From Escherichia phage vB_Eco_F31: a stretch of DNA of 64,000 nt. A program made the position numbers and the translations under genes. Below the pieces are notes generated by a model that made no database searches, was not told the DNA's origin, and worked only from the letters and a program-made list of their open reading frames with translations. Below are positions 54,967 through 63,627 of the stretch, piece after piece. Location: the sequence record OP870147.1, one strand, 5' to 3'. How positions within the stretch are numbered: the stretch's first letter is position 1; every line of letters begins with the position of its first letter.

Positions 54967-55233
54967 TTACTTATCGCACTTAGCAACATAATTAGGCATA
55001 TCACAGAATACAGAGCGAGTAACTACTCGTCCCTTTGACCATGCTTCAGTTGCTTGTCCGGCCGTGCTATTAATATAGCTTGATTTGATATTCTCAATAC
55101 CCTGAGAATGCGATGCATTTACCGAACCGTTGGAAGGTGCAGAAGACTGGTTACCACCAGCTCCTGCACCTGTGGTAGCACCAACAGAGAATGCCATCAT
55201 TACTGCGAATAAACCAATTACTAATTTTTTCAT
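54967..55233 (-). CDS. small secreted protein
   Basis: 88 aa; signal peptide; Gly/Ser/Asn-rich. Confidence 0.45.
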   Translation of the reverse strand: MKKLVIGLFAVMMAFSVGATTGAGAGGNQSSAPSNGSVNASHSQGIENIKSSYINSTAGQATEAWSKGRVVTRSVFCDMPNYVAKCDK

Positions 55234-55264
55234 ATTTACCTCAAGTTAAGAGTTATTTATCTAC

Positions 55265-56254
55265 TTATTTATAGTAAGAATTATGATTTTCGAGATAGAC
55301 TTGCTCAAGGAAATCATCCCAGAAACTCATATCTACTTTTTGTTGCATACCGTTCTTAGCGGCTTGTTCTGATGCTTGTTCTACCTGGTCAACAATGTCT
55401 TCCAGGAATTCTTGTACAGTTTTAAACGTATGTTTACCAAGCTTAACATCGAGAATAAATGGAGCATCCTGAAGTGGGTAAACCAGGTCGCCGGTTTTGT
55501 AAATTTCCAATAATTGAAGTCCACCGCGACATGCATGACTCAATGCTTTCCAGTCAATACCTTCGTTAGCTTCTGCCTTACGAGCACGTTCGCCATAGTT
55601 CTCTTCCAGTTTAACCAGGATGGCATTGAACTCTTTATTGGTTAACGTATCTTGGAATTTACGGTCTAACAGATTATAGAATGTTTGCTTACCTGTTTTC
55701 TCGTTTTCGGTTTCAACCCACGAAGCAAATTCACCTACAGGCAGAACATTCTTCATATGTGATAAACGAATTACTGCACCATTATCAAAGTATTGTCCCC
55801 ATTCATTAGAACGTTTAAGGGCTTGACGAAGAACAGCCAGTCGAGAACCCTTGACACCGTATTTAGAAGCTTGCTTACGGACATACCCCAAATAAGATTT
55901 CATGTTAGTGGTATAGAAACGAGACCTGTTATCTTGAATATACTTCCACACGTCAGGCAAATCAGATTTAACCACTAGACTTGGTGGAGTGTGAAGCATA
56001 TCTAATGCGACAGTTTCACCATCCGCAGCTAGTTTAAAGAAATATTTGAGACTGTACAACTCATGATCCACATCGTCTTTTGTGTTCTTAGAAGATGTGT
56101 TATTCGTGTTCTTGCTCATGTGTTCTTTAACGTTACCGGTCAAGATATCACGAGCATGAGGGACATAAATTTCTTTAAAATCGACGTCAGATTCAGGAGT
56201 AGACGTTCCATAAAGGTGGCTACCAAAGTAGCCTTTCATAATTGTTTTCATCAT
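55265..56254 (-). CDS. Pol-beta superfamily nucleotidyltransferase (NTP_transf_2-like)
   Basis: 329 aa; N-terminal GSHLYGTSTPESDVDF fits GS-x9-13-[DE]h[DE]h; C-terminal helical region. Confidence 0.5.
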   Translation of the reverse strand: MMKTIMKGYFGSHLYGTSTPESDVDFKEIYVPHARDILTGNVKEHMSKNTNNTSSKNTKDDVDHELYSLKYFFKLAADGETVALDMLHTPPSLVVKSDLPDVWKYIQDNRSRFYTTNMKSYLGYVRKQASKYGVKGSRLAVLRQALKRSNEWGQYFDNGAVIRLSHMKNVLPVGEFASWVETENEKTGKQTFYNLLDRKFQDTLTNKEFNAILVKLEENYGERARKAEANEGIDWKALSHACRGGLQLLEIYKTGDLVYPLQDAPFILDVKLGKHTFKTVQEFLEDIVDQVEQASEQAAKNGMQQKVDMSFWDDFLEQVYLENHNSYYK

Positions 56255-56724
56255 TTAGCCTTATATTCAAGAGTAGGACAGATTTTTTCTTTACGAGCTT
56301 TAAGGTATTCGCCTATTAATGATTTCTTACGTTCAATAGGCTCAAGTCCATTTTTAATTCGTTCTTGGTTTTGCGCAATGAGCTCAATTTCTTTATAATA
56401 TTTTCTGTCGTTATATTTGTCTAACAACCAAGACGGACCAATTACCAACCCGGTAGCAATAAAAGCCATGACTGCTACAATTAAAATGCCTACACCAATT
56501 GAGGCCGGAACTAATGTCCATAGACTGTTAAAAACAAAGAATTTAGTTAAAATTTCCTGGCCAATGATTGTGACTGCTGCTAAAATCGCAAATCCAATAA
56601 TTGAAACAGCCAATACCGGGATTAACGTTTTCCAAAAATAAGCACACAACGTTTTCGGACGATTCCATGTACTATTGAACGCGGCATAAATTTTAAAGTG
56701 CCAAGAGTTTTCATTGATAATCAT
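56251..56724 (-). CDS. membrane protein
   Basis: 157 aa with two long TM segments. Confidence 0.45.
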   Translation of the reverse strand: MIINENSWHFKIYAAFNSTWNRPKTLCAYFWKTLIPVLAVSIIGFAILAAVTIIGQEILTKFFVFNSLWTLVPASIGVGILIVAVMAFIATGLVIGPSWLLDKYNDRKYYKEIELIAQNQERIKNGLEPIERKKSLIGEYLKARKEKICPTLEYKAK

Positions 56725-56733
56725 AATAATTCC

Positions 56734-57264
56734 TTATTTCAAAGTTGGGATAATAGAATCGAGATAAGCTTTAAGAGCAACTGTTTCATCTTTGTCTAAT
56801 GTAATGATATGTTGACGAAGGTCATCAATTTGGCGAATAACTACGACATCACCGTCTTCATAAGAAGGATTAACGCCTAGGACTGTTGTATAGTCAGGGC
56901 GGTCCTGATTTGTAATAAAAGCATTACGGCATTTAGCCCATTGAAGTTTGGCCTTTTTGGCAGTTTCAGATTCTATGAATTCTTTCACCTTAGTGACGAA
57001 TGTTTTCCAATTATTGATAGAAAGGCATTCATCTTCTGTTTCGATATTAACCCCACTATAAAGACCGTGATAAAAACGAACTTGAAGGTCTTCATCAATG
57101 TTAATTACAGATGCATGGCCGGGCGGATTGAGTTTCAAAATCTTGTCCAGTTCCATAGGAAGAATAGTAACAGCATCATCTTCTTGTGTCAGAACGTAAG
57201 CATAACCACGTTTTTCGATACATAAATCGCCAAACAACTCGGTTGTTTCAATTACAGTTTTCAT
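56734..57264 (-). CDS. hypothetical protein
   Basis: 176 aa from the ATG MKTVIETT; the ORF-track start at 57276 is a TTG. Confidence 0.45.
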   Translation of the reverse strand: MKTVIETTELFGDLCIEKRGYAYVLTQEDDAVTILPMELDKILKLNPPGHASVINIDEDLQVRFYHGLYSGVNIETEDECLSINNWKTFVTKVKEFIESETAKKAKLQWAKCRNAFITNQDRPDYTTVLGVNPSYEDGDVVVIRQIDDLRQHIITLDKDETVALKAYLDSIIPTLK

Positions 57265-57265
57265 A

Positions 57266-57445
57266 TTATTCACCAATTAAAGTTTCAACAAAATTCACCA
57301 AATCATTCAGACAAGCATCAACCTGATTTTCATAAAAGTCTTCGTTATCATTTACTGCATGATAAGCTACATCATTCAAATCTGAATCGGCTTCACGTAA
57401 GTTACGGATAAGTTCCATCAATTTATTAGCTTGTTCACGGGTCAT
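57266..57445 (-). CDS. small acidic hypothetical protein
   Basis: 59-aa ORF by careful reverse-complement translation (MTREQANKLMELIRNL...); stop adjoins the next ATG. Confidence 0.35.
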   Translation of the reverse strand: MTREQANKLMELIRNLREADSDLNDVAYHAVNDNEDFYENQVDACLNDLVNFVETLIGE

Positions 57446-57581
57446 TTTACCATACTCGTTTCAATAAGATTCACTATGCCGTTTACCATGTTATAAGTAA
57501 ACATCGGATAATTGTATTGTACTACAACATAAGCGATAAGCAAAAGTTTCATTTTGTTCTCCGTTTGTTTTGATAGGACTA

Positions 57582-57610
57582 CTATAACATAGTCCTACCA
57601 AGATGTAAAC
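57582..57610 (-). promoter_or_regulatory. early promoter GTTTAC-N17-TTATAG-AGTCCTATC
   Basis: Perfect 8-bp inverted repeat TAGGACTA/TAGTCCTA around the -10. Confidence 0.5.
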
Positions 57611-57816
57611 TACCGATTGTGTTTTAAATGTTGATAAAGTTCTTCAACTTGTTTTGGGTCCAAAACAATTAAGTCATTTTCTTGACGAAGATAAATCCAT
57701 CCCTTATCCCCAGGGCCATTTTTACAAAACATCACCACCGTATCATCATCTTCAGCGCTTTCAGGTAAAAGTTCAAGTACACCGTCTTCAGATTTTCCAG
57801 TATAATCGTAAAGCAT
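57610..57816 (-). CDS. small hypothetical protein
   Basis: 68 aa from MLYDYTGKSEDG with GAGGA RBS. Confidence 0.4.
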   Translation of the reverse strand: MLYDYTGKSEDGVLELLPESAEDDDTVVMFCKNGPGDKGWIYLRQENDLIVLDPKQVEELYQHLKHNR

Positions 57817-57823
57817 AATATCC

Positions 57824-58003
57824 TCACATAATCTCGTTAACATACATTTGCAATTCGGTGTGGGCTTCGGCCATCTTTTTCATAGCTCTGTTAATGTCGA
57901 TGTCTCCATCTTCGCAACCATGAGCATTTTCCCAATCAGATACCGCATTAGCGTACTCTTCAATCAAAAACATTAACTTAGAAATTTTTTCTTTACGTGT
58001 CAT
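57824..58003 (-). CDS. small hypothetical protein
   Basis: 59 aa from MTRKEKISKL with AGGAG RBS. Confidence 0.4.
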   Translation of the reverse strand: MTRKEKISKLMFLIEEYANAVSDWENAHGCEDGDIDINRAMKKMAEAHTELQMYVNEIM

Positions 58004-58030
58004 AACGTTCTCCTCTAGTAAGTAAGGACT

Positions 58031-58059
58031 ACTATAACACAACCTGAGGAGAAGTAAAC
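58031..58059 (-). promoter_or_regulatory. early promoter GTTTAC-N17-TATAGT
   Basis: Upstream of ORF 57824-58003; followed by AGGAG RBS. Confidence 0.5.
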
Positions 58060-58065
58060 TGATAG

Positions 58066-58100
58066 ATGCCAAAAAAAGCCCCAACCATAAGGAAGGGGCT
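58066..58100 (-). terminator. rho-independent terminator downstream of rI
   Basis: AGCCCC-(12-nt loop)-GGGGCT followed by a T7 run on the minus strand. Confidence 0.6.
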
Positions 58101-58106
58101 AGTAAA

Positions 58107-58409
58107 TTAGATAGATGTAGGCTCTAATTTTATTTTCATGAACTCGGCAAATTGTCTGGCAGTTTTTATGCCTTGTTCATGACATTCAAATGCATCATCA
58201 CAGGGGCTATTTTTGTAATGCTTTGCCATATACTTATAGAATTTTTCAGAATTCTCGACATTTTGAATTTCAAACAAAGTATATACATTTTTAATCCCTG
58301 ATTCCATAAAGTTATCAAAATATGGGTCGATATATGCAGTGCCAACAATAGGAGTTGTTACTGCAAAAAACCCCAGCATCACCATGACGGCTATCGCTCT
58401 TAAGGCCAT
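58107..58409 (-). CDS. rI: lysis-inhibition regulator RI-like membrane protein
   Basis: 100 aa; N-terminal signal anchor; DPYFDNFMESGIKNVYTLFE...CDDAFEC resembles T4 RI as recalled; adjacent to tk. Confidence 0.55.
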   Translation of the reverse strand: MALRAIAVMVMLGFFAVTTPIVGTAYIDPYFDNFMESGIKNVYTLFEIQNVENSEKFYKYMAKHYKNSPCDDAFECHEQGIKTARQFAEFMKIKLEPTSI

Positions 58410-58421
58410 ATAGGCCTCCTG

Positions 58422-58634
58422 TTAATTTTGGCCAGTATTTATTTTTCGCCTTTGGACGGCCTTAACATCTGCGAGGTATTTTTCCAGCTTGCGCTTGCGT
58501 GTATAATCAGCTTTAGAACCAGTTTGACGGATATCCTCGTTTAAATGAGAAATAGAATGTCCTAATTCTCTTCGGATTTCATCCAATTGGGTTACAGTAA
58601 GATTACGAAGTTGTCTTTCGTTTAATTGCTGCAT
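58422..58634 (-). CDS. small basic hypothetical protein
   Basis: 70-aa ORF between rI and tk. Confidence 0.4.
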   Translation of the reverse strand: MQQLNERQLRNLTVTQLDEIRRELGHSISHLNEDIRQTGSKADYTRKRKLEKYLADVKAVQRRKINTGQN

Positions 58635-58661
58635 ATATACCTCTTGGTTAGATATTAGTAT

Positions 58662-59243
58662 TTATAACAACCCTGTCAAATCGTTCCAATGCTTCCGGCA
58701 TAATGACACATATCTATCGGTATCACCAATTTCAATTTGACTGCCATCTGTAATTGGAAGTCCGTCTTCCGTGACTCTAGCTACCATTGTGGCCTTTTTA
58801 CCACAATGACAGACACCTTTAAGTTCAACAAGCTTATCGGCAATAGCCATTAATGCTTGAGAACCTTCAAATAGATTACCTTTAAAATCTGTTCGTAGTC
58901 CATATGCCATTACCGGCACATTGTATACGTCAACAATACGACTAAGTTGATACACCTTTTCAGTAGTTAAGAACTGAGCTTCATCAACAAATACACAGTG
59001 AATATCCTTTTGTGCTGCAGCCCATTTATAGAATTCAAAGATATCCATGTCTTTTGTAATTATATTGGCGTCCTGTCGAATACCAATACGAGAGACTATT
59101 TCACCTTTTGAATCGCGAGTATCAATAGCCGGTTTAAGAACTAATACACCCATGCCACGTTCTTTATAGTTATGTGCGGCAGTAAGTAATGAAGCAGACT
59201 TACCAGCGTTCATAGCGGCATAGGTAAAAATTAAACTAGCCAT
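58662..59243 (-). CDS. tk: thymidine kinase
   Basis: 193 aa; Walker A AAMNAGKS; C-terminal zinc-site cysteines (CHCGKKA...CRKH); T4 tk is 193 aa. Confidence 0.85.
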   Translation of the reverse strand: MASLIFTYAAMNAGKSASLLTAAHNYKERGMGVLVLKPAIDTRDSKGEIVSRIGIRQDANIITKDMDIFEFYKWAAAQKDIHCVFVDEAQFLTTEKVYQLSRIVDVYNVPVMAYGLRTDFKGNLFEGSQALMAIADKLVELKGVCHCGKKATMVARVTEDGLPITDGSQIEIGDTDRYVSLCRKHWNDLTGLL

Positions 59244-59252
59244 AAGAGTCCC

Positions 59253-59435
59253 TTATAGTGAATTCACGTAGTCAATGAGTTCTTGTTCTTTCCTGTCAAA
59301 TGATTCCAACAATGCTTGATATTCTTCGTCCGTCAAAGGAGCATATTCATCATACGCATTGGTGGCTGCTTGCTCATCCAATAGGTCATGGATAAGTTCA
59401 AACAGTTTAGTTTTCTCTTCTTTAGTCAATTTCAT
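59253..59435 (-). CDS. small acidic hypothetical protein
   Basis: 60-aa ORF. Confidence 0.4.
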   Translation of the reverse strand: MKLTKEEKTKLFELIHDLLDEQAATNAYDEYAPLTDEEYQALLESFDRKEQELIDYVNSL

Positions 59436-59659
59436 TTAGGTTCACCTTCTTTAACGAAATCTGGGTAAGGGTAAAATCCTGAGTAAAACCCTTCACCTTT
59501 ATGATTGCTACAACCTTTGTTCGAACAGTAACACCAATAATCAAAATCACAAGCCATTTCGTCATTGCATAAAGCAAAAACTACAGGCCATTCGCATTTT
59601 TCGCATTTAGCACCTGTAAGAATTTTTGTTTGACTCATAGCCATGTCACCTTTAAGCAA
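59432..59659 (-). CDS. small Cys-rich hypothetical protein
   Basis: 75 aa, multiple Cys pairs (CEKCEW...CYCSNKGC). Confidence 0.4.
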   Translation of the reverse strand: MLKGDMAMSQTKILTGAKCEKCEWPVVFALCNDEMACDFDYWCYCSNKGCSNHKGEGFYSGFYPYPDFVKEGEPK

Positions 59660-59862
59660 TATTCTTCTACATGTTGTTTACGGCCTTTCTTATCAATAAA
59701 GGTATATTCAACGAATGTTCCGATGTAGTCTTTATCTACATCATGTGGACTATTAATTGGACATTTAGTACGACAAATGCGTTCCCATTGACGAATAATT
59801 ACTGCCTTATTCTTTGGATCGTATGGATGTGGATAATGTGTATTCATAATAACGGTTCCCAA
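59635..59862 (-). CDS. small hypothetical protein
   Basis: 75-aa ORF. Confidence 0.4.
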   Translation of the reverse strand: MGTVIMNTHYPHPYDPKNKAVIIRQWERICRTKCPINSPHDVDKDYIGTFVEYTFIDKKGRKQHVEEYCLKVTWL

Positions 59863-60341
59863 TCAACAATCACAATTTCTAGTTTAGTAGAATACGTATC
59901 TAAAATCTCTTCGATGACATCCCAGTTTCCACCACCAATACCTGCACCAATTCTTGGCATATAAATTACAGGCTTTATTATCTTATTCTTTCCGAATTCA
60001 TTTAATTCTATTATACAATTCATTAAAGCAGAGTACTCAAAATTAGGTCCCGGCTCAAACTGTGTATAAAGATTAAAGCAATAAGCTTTATGGGTCTTAA
60101 AATATTTTTCATAAACCGAATAAGTCCCGAGTTTAGACTTGTCTCCGAATTCGGTTTGAAGTTTATCGGCTTCTAAAATTTTTGGATAAGCCTTTGCTAA
60201 TTGGCCTGCTACACCGGCGCCCATTGTATGAAAACAATTACACCCATGAGCAATATTATTACCTTTAGAAAACAGGGCGACAATATCGCCCTTGATATAG
60301 TTTTTAATCACTTGCTGCAAGTCCTCTATTATAAGAGTCAA
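59844..60341 (-). CDS. macro-domain protein (ADP-ribose binding/hydrolase fold)
   Basis: 165 aa; GNNIAHGCNCFHTMGAGVAGQL and IGAGIGGG match macro-domain signature regions. Confidence 0.55.
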   Translation of the reverse strand: MTLIIEDLQQVIKNYIKGDIVALFSKGNNIAHGCNCFHTMGAGVAGQLAKAYPKILEADKLQTEFGDKSKLGTYSVYEKYFKTHKAYCFNLYTQFEPGPNFEYSALMNCIIELNEFGKNKIIKPVIYMPRIGAGIGGGNWDVIEEILDTYSTKLEIVIVDWEPLL

Positions 60342-60651
60342 CTAGACGGTCTACCATAGAATTGCATGCTGCCTTATCTTTAGGTTCCGCCACCGAGCAT
60401 TCTAATATTTGCCATTTTTTATAGTATCTTTTAATTAAGGTAGACGCCTTGAACCTACTAGACGCCCCATCTTTTTCTCCGTCTTTATACGCATATAACA
60501 ATTTTTGTGAAAAATCTACTTTACACTCTTGACTTTTACCACAGTAATCAGACGCCGTTCTGTTTGTATACTCCGTTACATCAGTATATGTAGTATTAGC
60601 AAGAGCGTTAAATGAAACCAAGCTAACTATTAAAGCCAACATTTTGGTCAT
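60304..60651 (-). CDS. small secreted protein
   Basis: 115 aa with signal peptide; several Cys. Confidence 0.45.
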   Translation of the reverse strand: MTKMLALIVSLVSFNALANTTYTDVTEYTNRTASDYCGKSQECKVDFSQKLLYAYKDGEKDGASSRFKASTLIKRYYKKWQILECSVAEPKDKAACNSMVDRLVDSYNRGLAASD

Positions 60652-61190
60652 TCTTTTATTTCCAGTAGTTTATTTGATTTAAGGTAATTAGCCTTTTCTA
60701 GGACTTCAGAAGCATATTTACTTCCAGCACTTGTCTTCCATCCCGCATTATATGAGGATATAGCTTTTCTTATATCCCCGTTATGTATATTTAACCAATA
60801 AGAAAATTCGATATAAGCCCATCTGGCTGAATTAGACCGCTTAGATAGCATTTTCTTAATTTGGGCATCAGTCATATTATAACCAAGCTGGTTAATTCTT
60901 GCCCTCATTGTTGGTAGATAATTTTGGAACATTCCATACGCATGGTGACCTTTCTTATCTTTAAGATTAATACCGGCAGATGATTCCTGCCATAGTATTG
61001 CGGCCATTATGTATCCAAGTCCTTTCTTATGCATATTTTCATGCGTTTTAAATTTTCCGTCCTTAGAAAACTGTTCCCCAAACTGATAAGCATAATTCAA
61101 GTTATCGAGTTGGACATTACTAAAAGTATGCTCGGAGCTATGTGCTGATAACGAAAGAGCAAATAGACCAGCGAGTAGTGCTTTTCTCAT
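60648..61190 (-). CDS. secreted lytic transglycosylase (SLT domain)
   Basis: 180 aa; signal peptide; SLT motifs ILWQESSAG, AYGMFQ, YNAG. Confidence 0.6.
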   Translation of the reverse strand: MRKALLAGLFALSLSAHSSEHTFSNVQLDNLNYAYQFGEQFSKDGKFKTHENMHKKGLGYIMAAILWQESSAGINLKDKKGHHAYGMFQNYLPTMRARINQLGYNMTDAQIKKMLSKRSNSARWAYIEFSYWLNIHNGDIRKAISSYNAGWKTSAGSKYASEVLEKANYLKSNKLLEIKE

Positions 61191-61198
61191 GTTTACCT

Positions 61199-61657
61199 CT
61201 AGATTTTAATCACTGCTTTAGAAGCTTTTCCTGGTAGTCGTTTACTGTTAATAATAGCCATTCTACATTGAAGAGTCTTCATTTTGAATGCCGGATTTTC
61301 GCGACAAACTGTAAGTCCTAACCAAAGATTTCCGTCAGTTATTTCTAAACGGCCTGGACGATACTCGACACCTTCGACAAAATCTTCATCAACATCTGGA
61401 CGTGCCGGCATTGATAAAAATTCTGCAACTTCTTTAACGTGATTTTTTACTTTATGAAATAATTCAAAAACGTAATTCTCATCTATTTCTCTCTGGATGG
61501 CACGATCTAAGAGATGTTGAGAATACTTGATATGAAAGCCTGGTAGTCCAAGAGACTTTGCAGCATCTTTTATACCGGCATTTATTTTGCGGAACTCCGT
61601 TTCAAAGATTCGACGGAGTTTATTACGGCGGATAAAAACTTCCGAATTGATAGTCAT
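61199..61657 (-). CDS. regB: RegB site-specific endoribonuclease
   Basis: 152 aa; MTINSEVFIRRNKLRR...QCRMAIINSKRLPGKASKAVIKI near-colinear with T4 RegB as recalled. Confidence 0.85.
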   Translation of the reverse strand: MTINSEVFIRRNKLRRIFETEFRKINAGIKDAAKSLGLPGFHIKYSQHLLDRAIQREIDENYVFELFHKVKNHVKEVAEFLSMPARPDVDEDFVEGVEYRPGRLEITDGNLWLGLTVCRENPAFKMKTLQCRMAIINSKRLPGKASKAVIKI

Positions 61658-61685
61658 TTTGATTTCTCCTCTAGTTGACAGGTCT

Positions 61686-61714
61686 ATAGTAACACAACTA
61701 GAGGAGAAGTAAAC
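61686..61714 (-). promoter_or_regulatory. early promoter upstream of regB
   Basis: Minus strand GTTTAC-N17-TACTAT-AGACCTGTCAACTAGAGGAG; inverted repeat CTCTAGTTG/CAACTAGAG. Confidence 0.55.
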
Positions 61715-61718
61715 TACT

Positions 61719-61934
61719 TTATTGATAAAATGGAGTTAAAGCCCAAGATTCTTTAGATACCATATTGGCGAAATGCCTCATCTCTTCGATTTGGCGACGA
61801 CGCTGGTCAGCATAGTCTTCTTCGCCTTCTTCCTTACAATCTTCAAGGTCTTCTTCAAGATACTTTAAGTATTCACTACAAATTTTGTTGACCTTTTCTT
61901 GAAAGTCCAATAACCCAGTAATAGTAGAAGCCAT
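61719..61934 (-). CDS. small acidic hypothetical protein
   Basis: 71-aa ORF. Confidence 0.4.
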   Translation of the reverse strand: MASTITGLLDFQEKVNKICSEYLKYLEEDLEDCKEEGEEDYADQRRRQIEEMRHFANMVSKESWALTPFYQ

Positions 61935-62200
61935 TAGTATTTTTCCTCAGGTCGAAATACTGCACGACATGCCCACATGCTGGCTTCTTTTAGATGTTGC
62001 TTAGCATACTTAAGAGCCTGTACTGCATCCATATCTTCTTTGGTTTGTTGCTCTGTTTCATTTTCTTTCAAGATATATGCTTCTTCAATCAGAGCATCAA
62101 ACAACAATCCAAGACGGACTTCTGCATCTTTAATAGCGTTCACTTTACCGATTTTATCGTCGGTATGTGGCTTGTAGCCTTTGATGTCTTCAATCGACAT
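61934..62200 (-). CDS. hypothetical protein
   Basis: 88 aa from MSIEDIKGYK with GAGGAAA RBS. Confidence 0.4.
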   Translation of the reverse strand: MSIEDIKGYKPHTDDKIGKVNAIKDAEVRLGLLFDALIEEAYILKENETEQQTKEDMDAVQALKYAKQHLKEASMWACRAVFRPEEKY

Positions 62201-62414
62201 AAGGAATTTCCTCATCGGTGGCAAGGTCATATTCGACCAATTGGATAGGCTCATTAATACCATATCCACGTACAGTGATATCAGTTGTCGGATAGTTTCC
62301 AGTAATATCACCCATTCTAAATGCTTCAGTGAATGATTGCTCGCCTGAGCAACTAAACCAGGCGGCAAAACATTTTAAAACACCTTCAGACCCTTCTATA
62401 ATCAATTTAGCCAT
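62190..62414 (-). CDS. small hypothetical protein
   Basis: 74-aa ORF, TAATG-coupled to the grcA-like ORF. Confidence 0.4.
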   Translation of the reverse strand: MAKLIIEGSEGVLKCFAAWFSCSGEQSFTEAFRMGDITGNYPTTDITVRGYGINEPIQLVEYDLATDEEIPYVD

Positions 62415-62641
62415 TATAGACTCTCAGTAAAGGTACGAGCGATAACGTCGCGCTGCTGTTCCGGAGTCAGAGAGTTAAAGCGAACTGCATAACCGGATAC
62501 ACGGATGGTCAACTGCGGATATTTTTCTGGATGCTTAACTGCATCTTCCAGAGTTTCACGACGCAGAACATTAACGTTCAGGTGTTGACCACCTTCAATT
62601 TTAACTTTAGGGTTGATGTTCAATTTCAATTTCACGGGCAT
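62414..62641 (-). CDS. grcA: GrcA/YfiD-like autonomous glycyl-radical cofactor, C-terminal domain only
   Basis: 75 aa; glycyl-radical motif RVSGYAVRF; residues from [11 protein letters not shown] to the C-terminus match enterobacterial GrcA as I recall it; higher GC and host-like codons. Confidence 0.6.
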   Translation of the reverse strand: MPVKLKLNINPKVKIEGGQHLNVNVLRRETLEDAVKHPEKYPQLTIRVSGYAVRFNSLTPEQQRDVIARTFTESL

Positions 62642-62777
62642 TCAAACCGTAGAAAATTTCCGGGTCTACAATAGCGTCTTCTTTAAAAGTCTTAGAGACA
62701 ATAATCCGGGCTTGAGTACCGTCTTCAAAATAAATAGTGCCTTTGTGTGTGCCTTCAAGAATTTGATATGCTTTCAT
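62607..62777 (-). CDS. GrcA-like N-terminal fragment (different frame from the C-terminal domain)
   Basis: 56-aa ORF by manual translation; [18 protein letters not shown] resembles GrcA GEARCIVAKAGYAEDEVV; overlaps the C-domain ORF by 35 nt. Confidence 0.4.
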   Translation of the reverse strand: MKAYQILEGTHKGTIYFEDGTQARIIVSKTFKEDAIVDPEIFYGLNAREIEIEHQP

Positions 62778-62783
62778 ATAACC

Positions 62784-63092
62784 TCAATTAGAAAATAAAT
62801 TTATCCAAGTTTTTTCTTTAATCAAAAATGGGTCGGAATTAAACGCCATTAAACTTTGAGTGATTAATCCCTTAAATGGCCCATCAATAAATTCCATTTT
62901 GAAATGTGGAATACTAGTCATCAACCGTGCATTAGGAGCAGTACAAAGAACCTGCTGCCCTGCGAACGGACCTTTAGTCAAACGGTATCGTTTAGGTTTA
63001 AAATGGTAAATCTCGTAATTTTCTACAAGGGCCCTTTTATTGCATACTAGGCTGTTATAACAATATTCAAAAACTTCAATATTGGTCATCAT
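62784..63092 (-). CDS. hypothetical protein
   Basis: 102-aa ORF. Confidence 0.4.
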   Translation of the reverse strand: MMTNIEVFEYCYNSLVCNKRALVENYEIYHFKPKRYRLTKGPFAGQQVLCTAPNARLMTSIPHFKMEFIDGPFKGLITQSLMAFNSDPFLIKEKTWINLFSN

Positions 63093-63627
63093 TGCATTCC
63101 AATCACAAAAAATTGAGGACGAGCATTACCGCCAATGCAATATTTGCTTTTGCAACAGTGTTGGACTGTTTTAATATGTACATTGTAAATCTTATCCATA
63201 TCAGGAGCTTTAATAGGCTCGTCAATTATATACAGAATACGAGAAAGCGTTAATCCACGGAATTTAGAACCTTCATTGCCAATAAAACTACGAACAGAAT
63301 CAGTAAATAAACGGAATCGAATATCGTCGCTAGAATAACGAGAAAATTCTTTTTCAATGTTGCCAGCAGAAATTTTAGCATAAGCTGAAGTATTAGAAAG
63401 AACAATAACCGTTCCACCATCATACAGCCAATTAGCAGCAAAGTTAGTCACAGCAATTGATTTACCTGATTGTCGGCCACCGTCTAAACGAAGTGTACAG
63501 TACTGCTTGAGTACGTCTTCAAATGGTGGGACATAACCGTTCTTACAAATTTCTTCTACTCTAGCATCAGAATGGTGTGTAAAAGCATTCATCAGGGATA
63601 GATAAGGTCCAGTTAAAAATGTTCTCA
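63089..63627 (-). CDS. small P-loop NTPase
   Basis: about 179 aa from MRTFLTGP; Walker A GGRQSGKS; Walker B ILYIIDEP. Confidence 0.45.
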
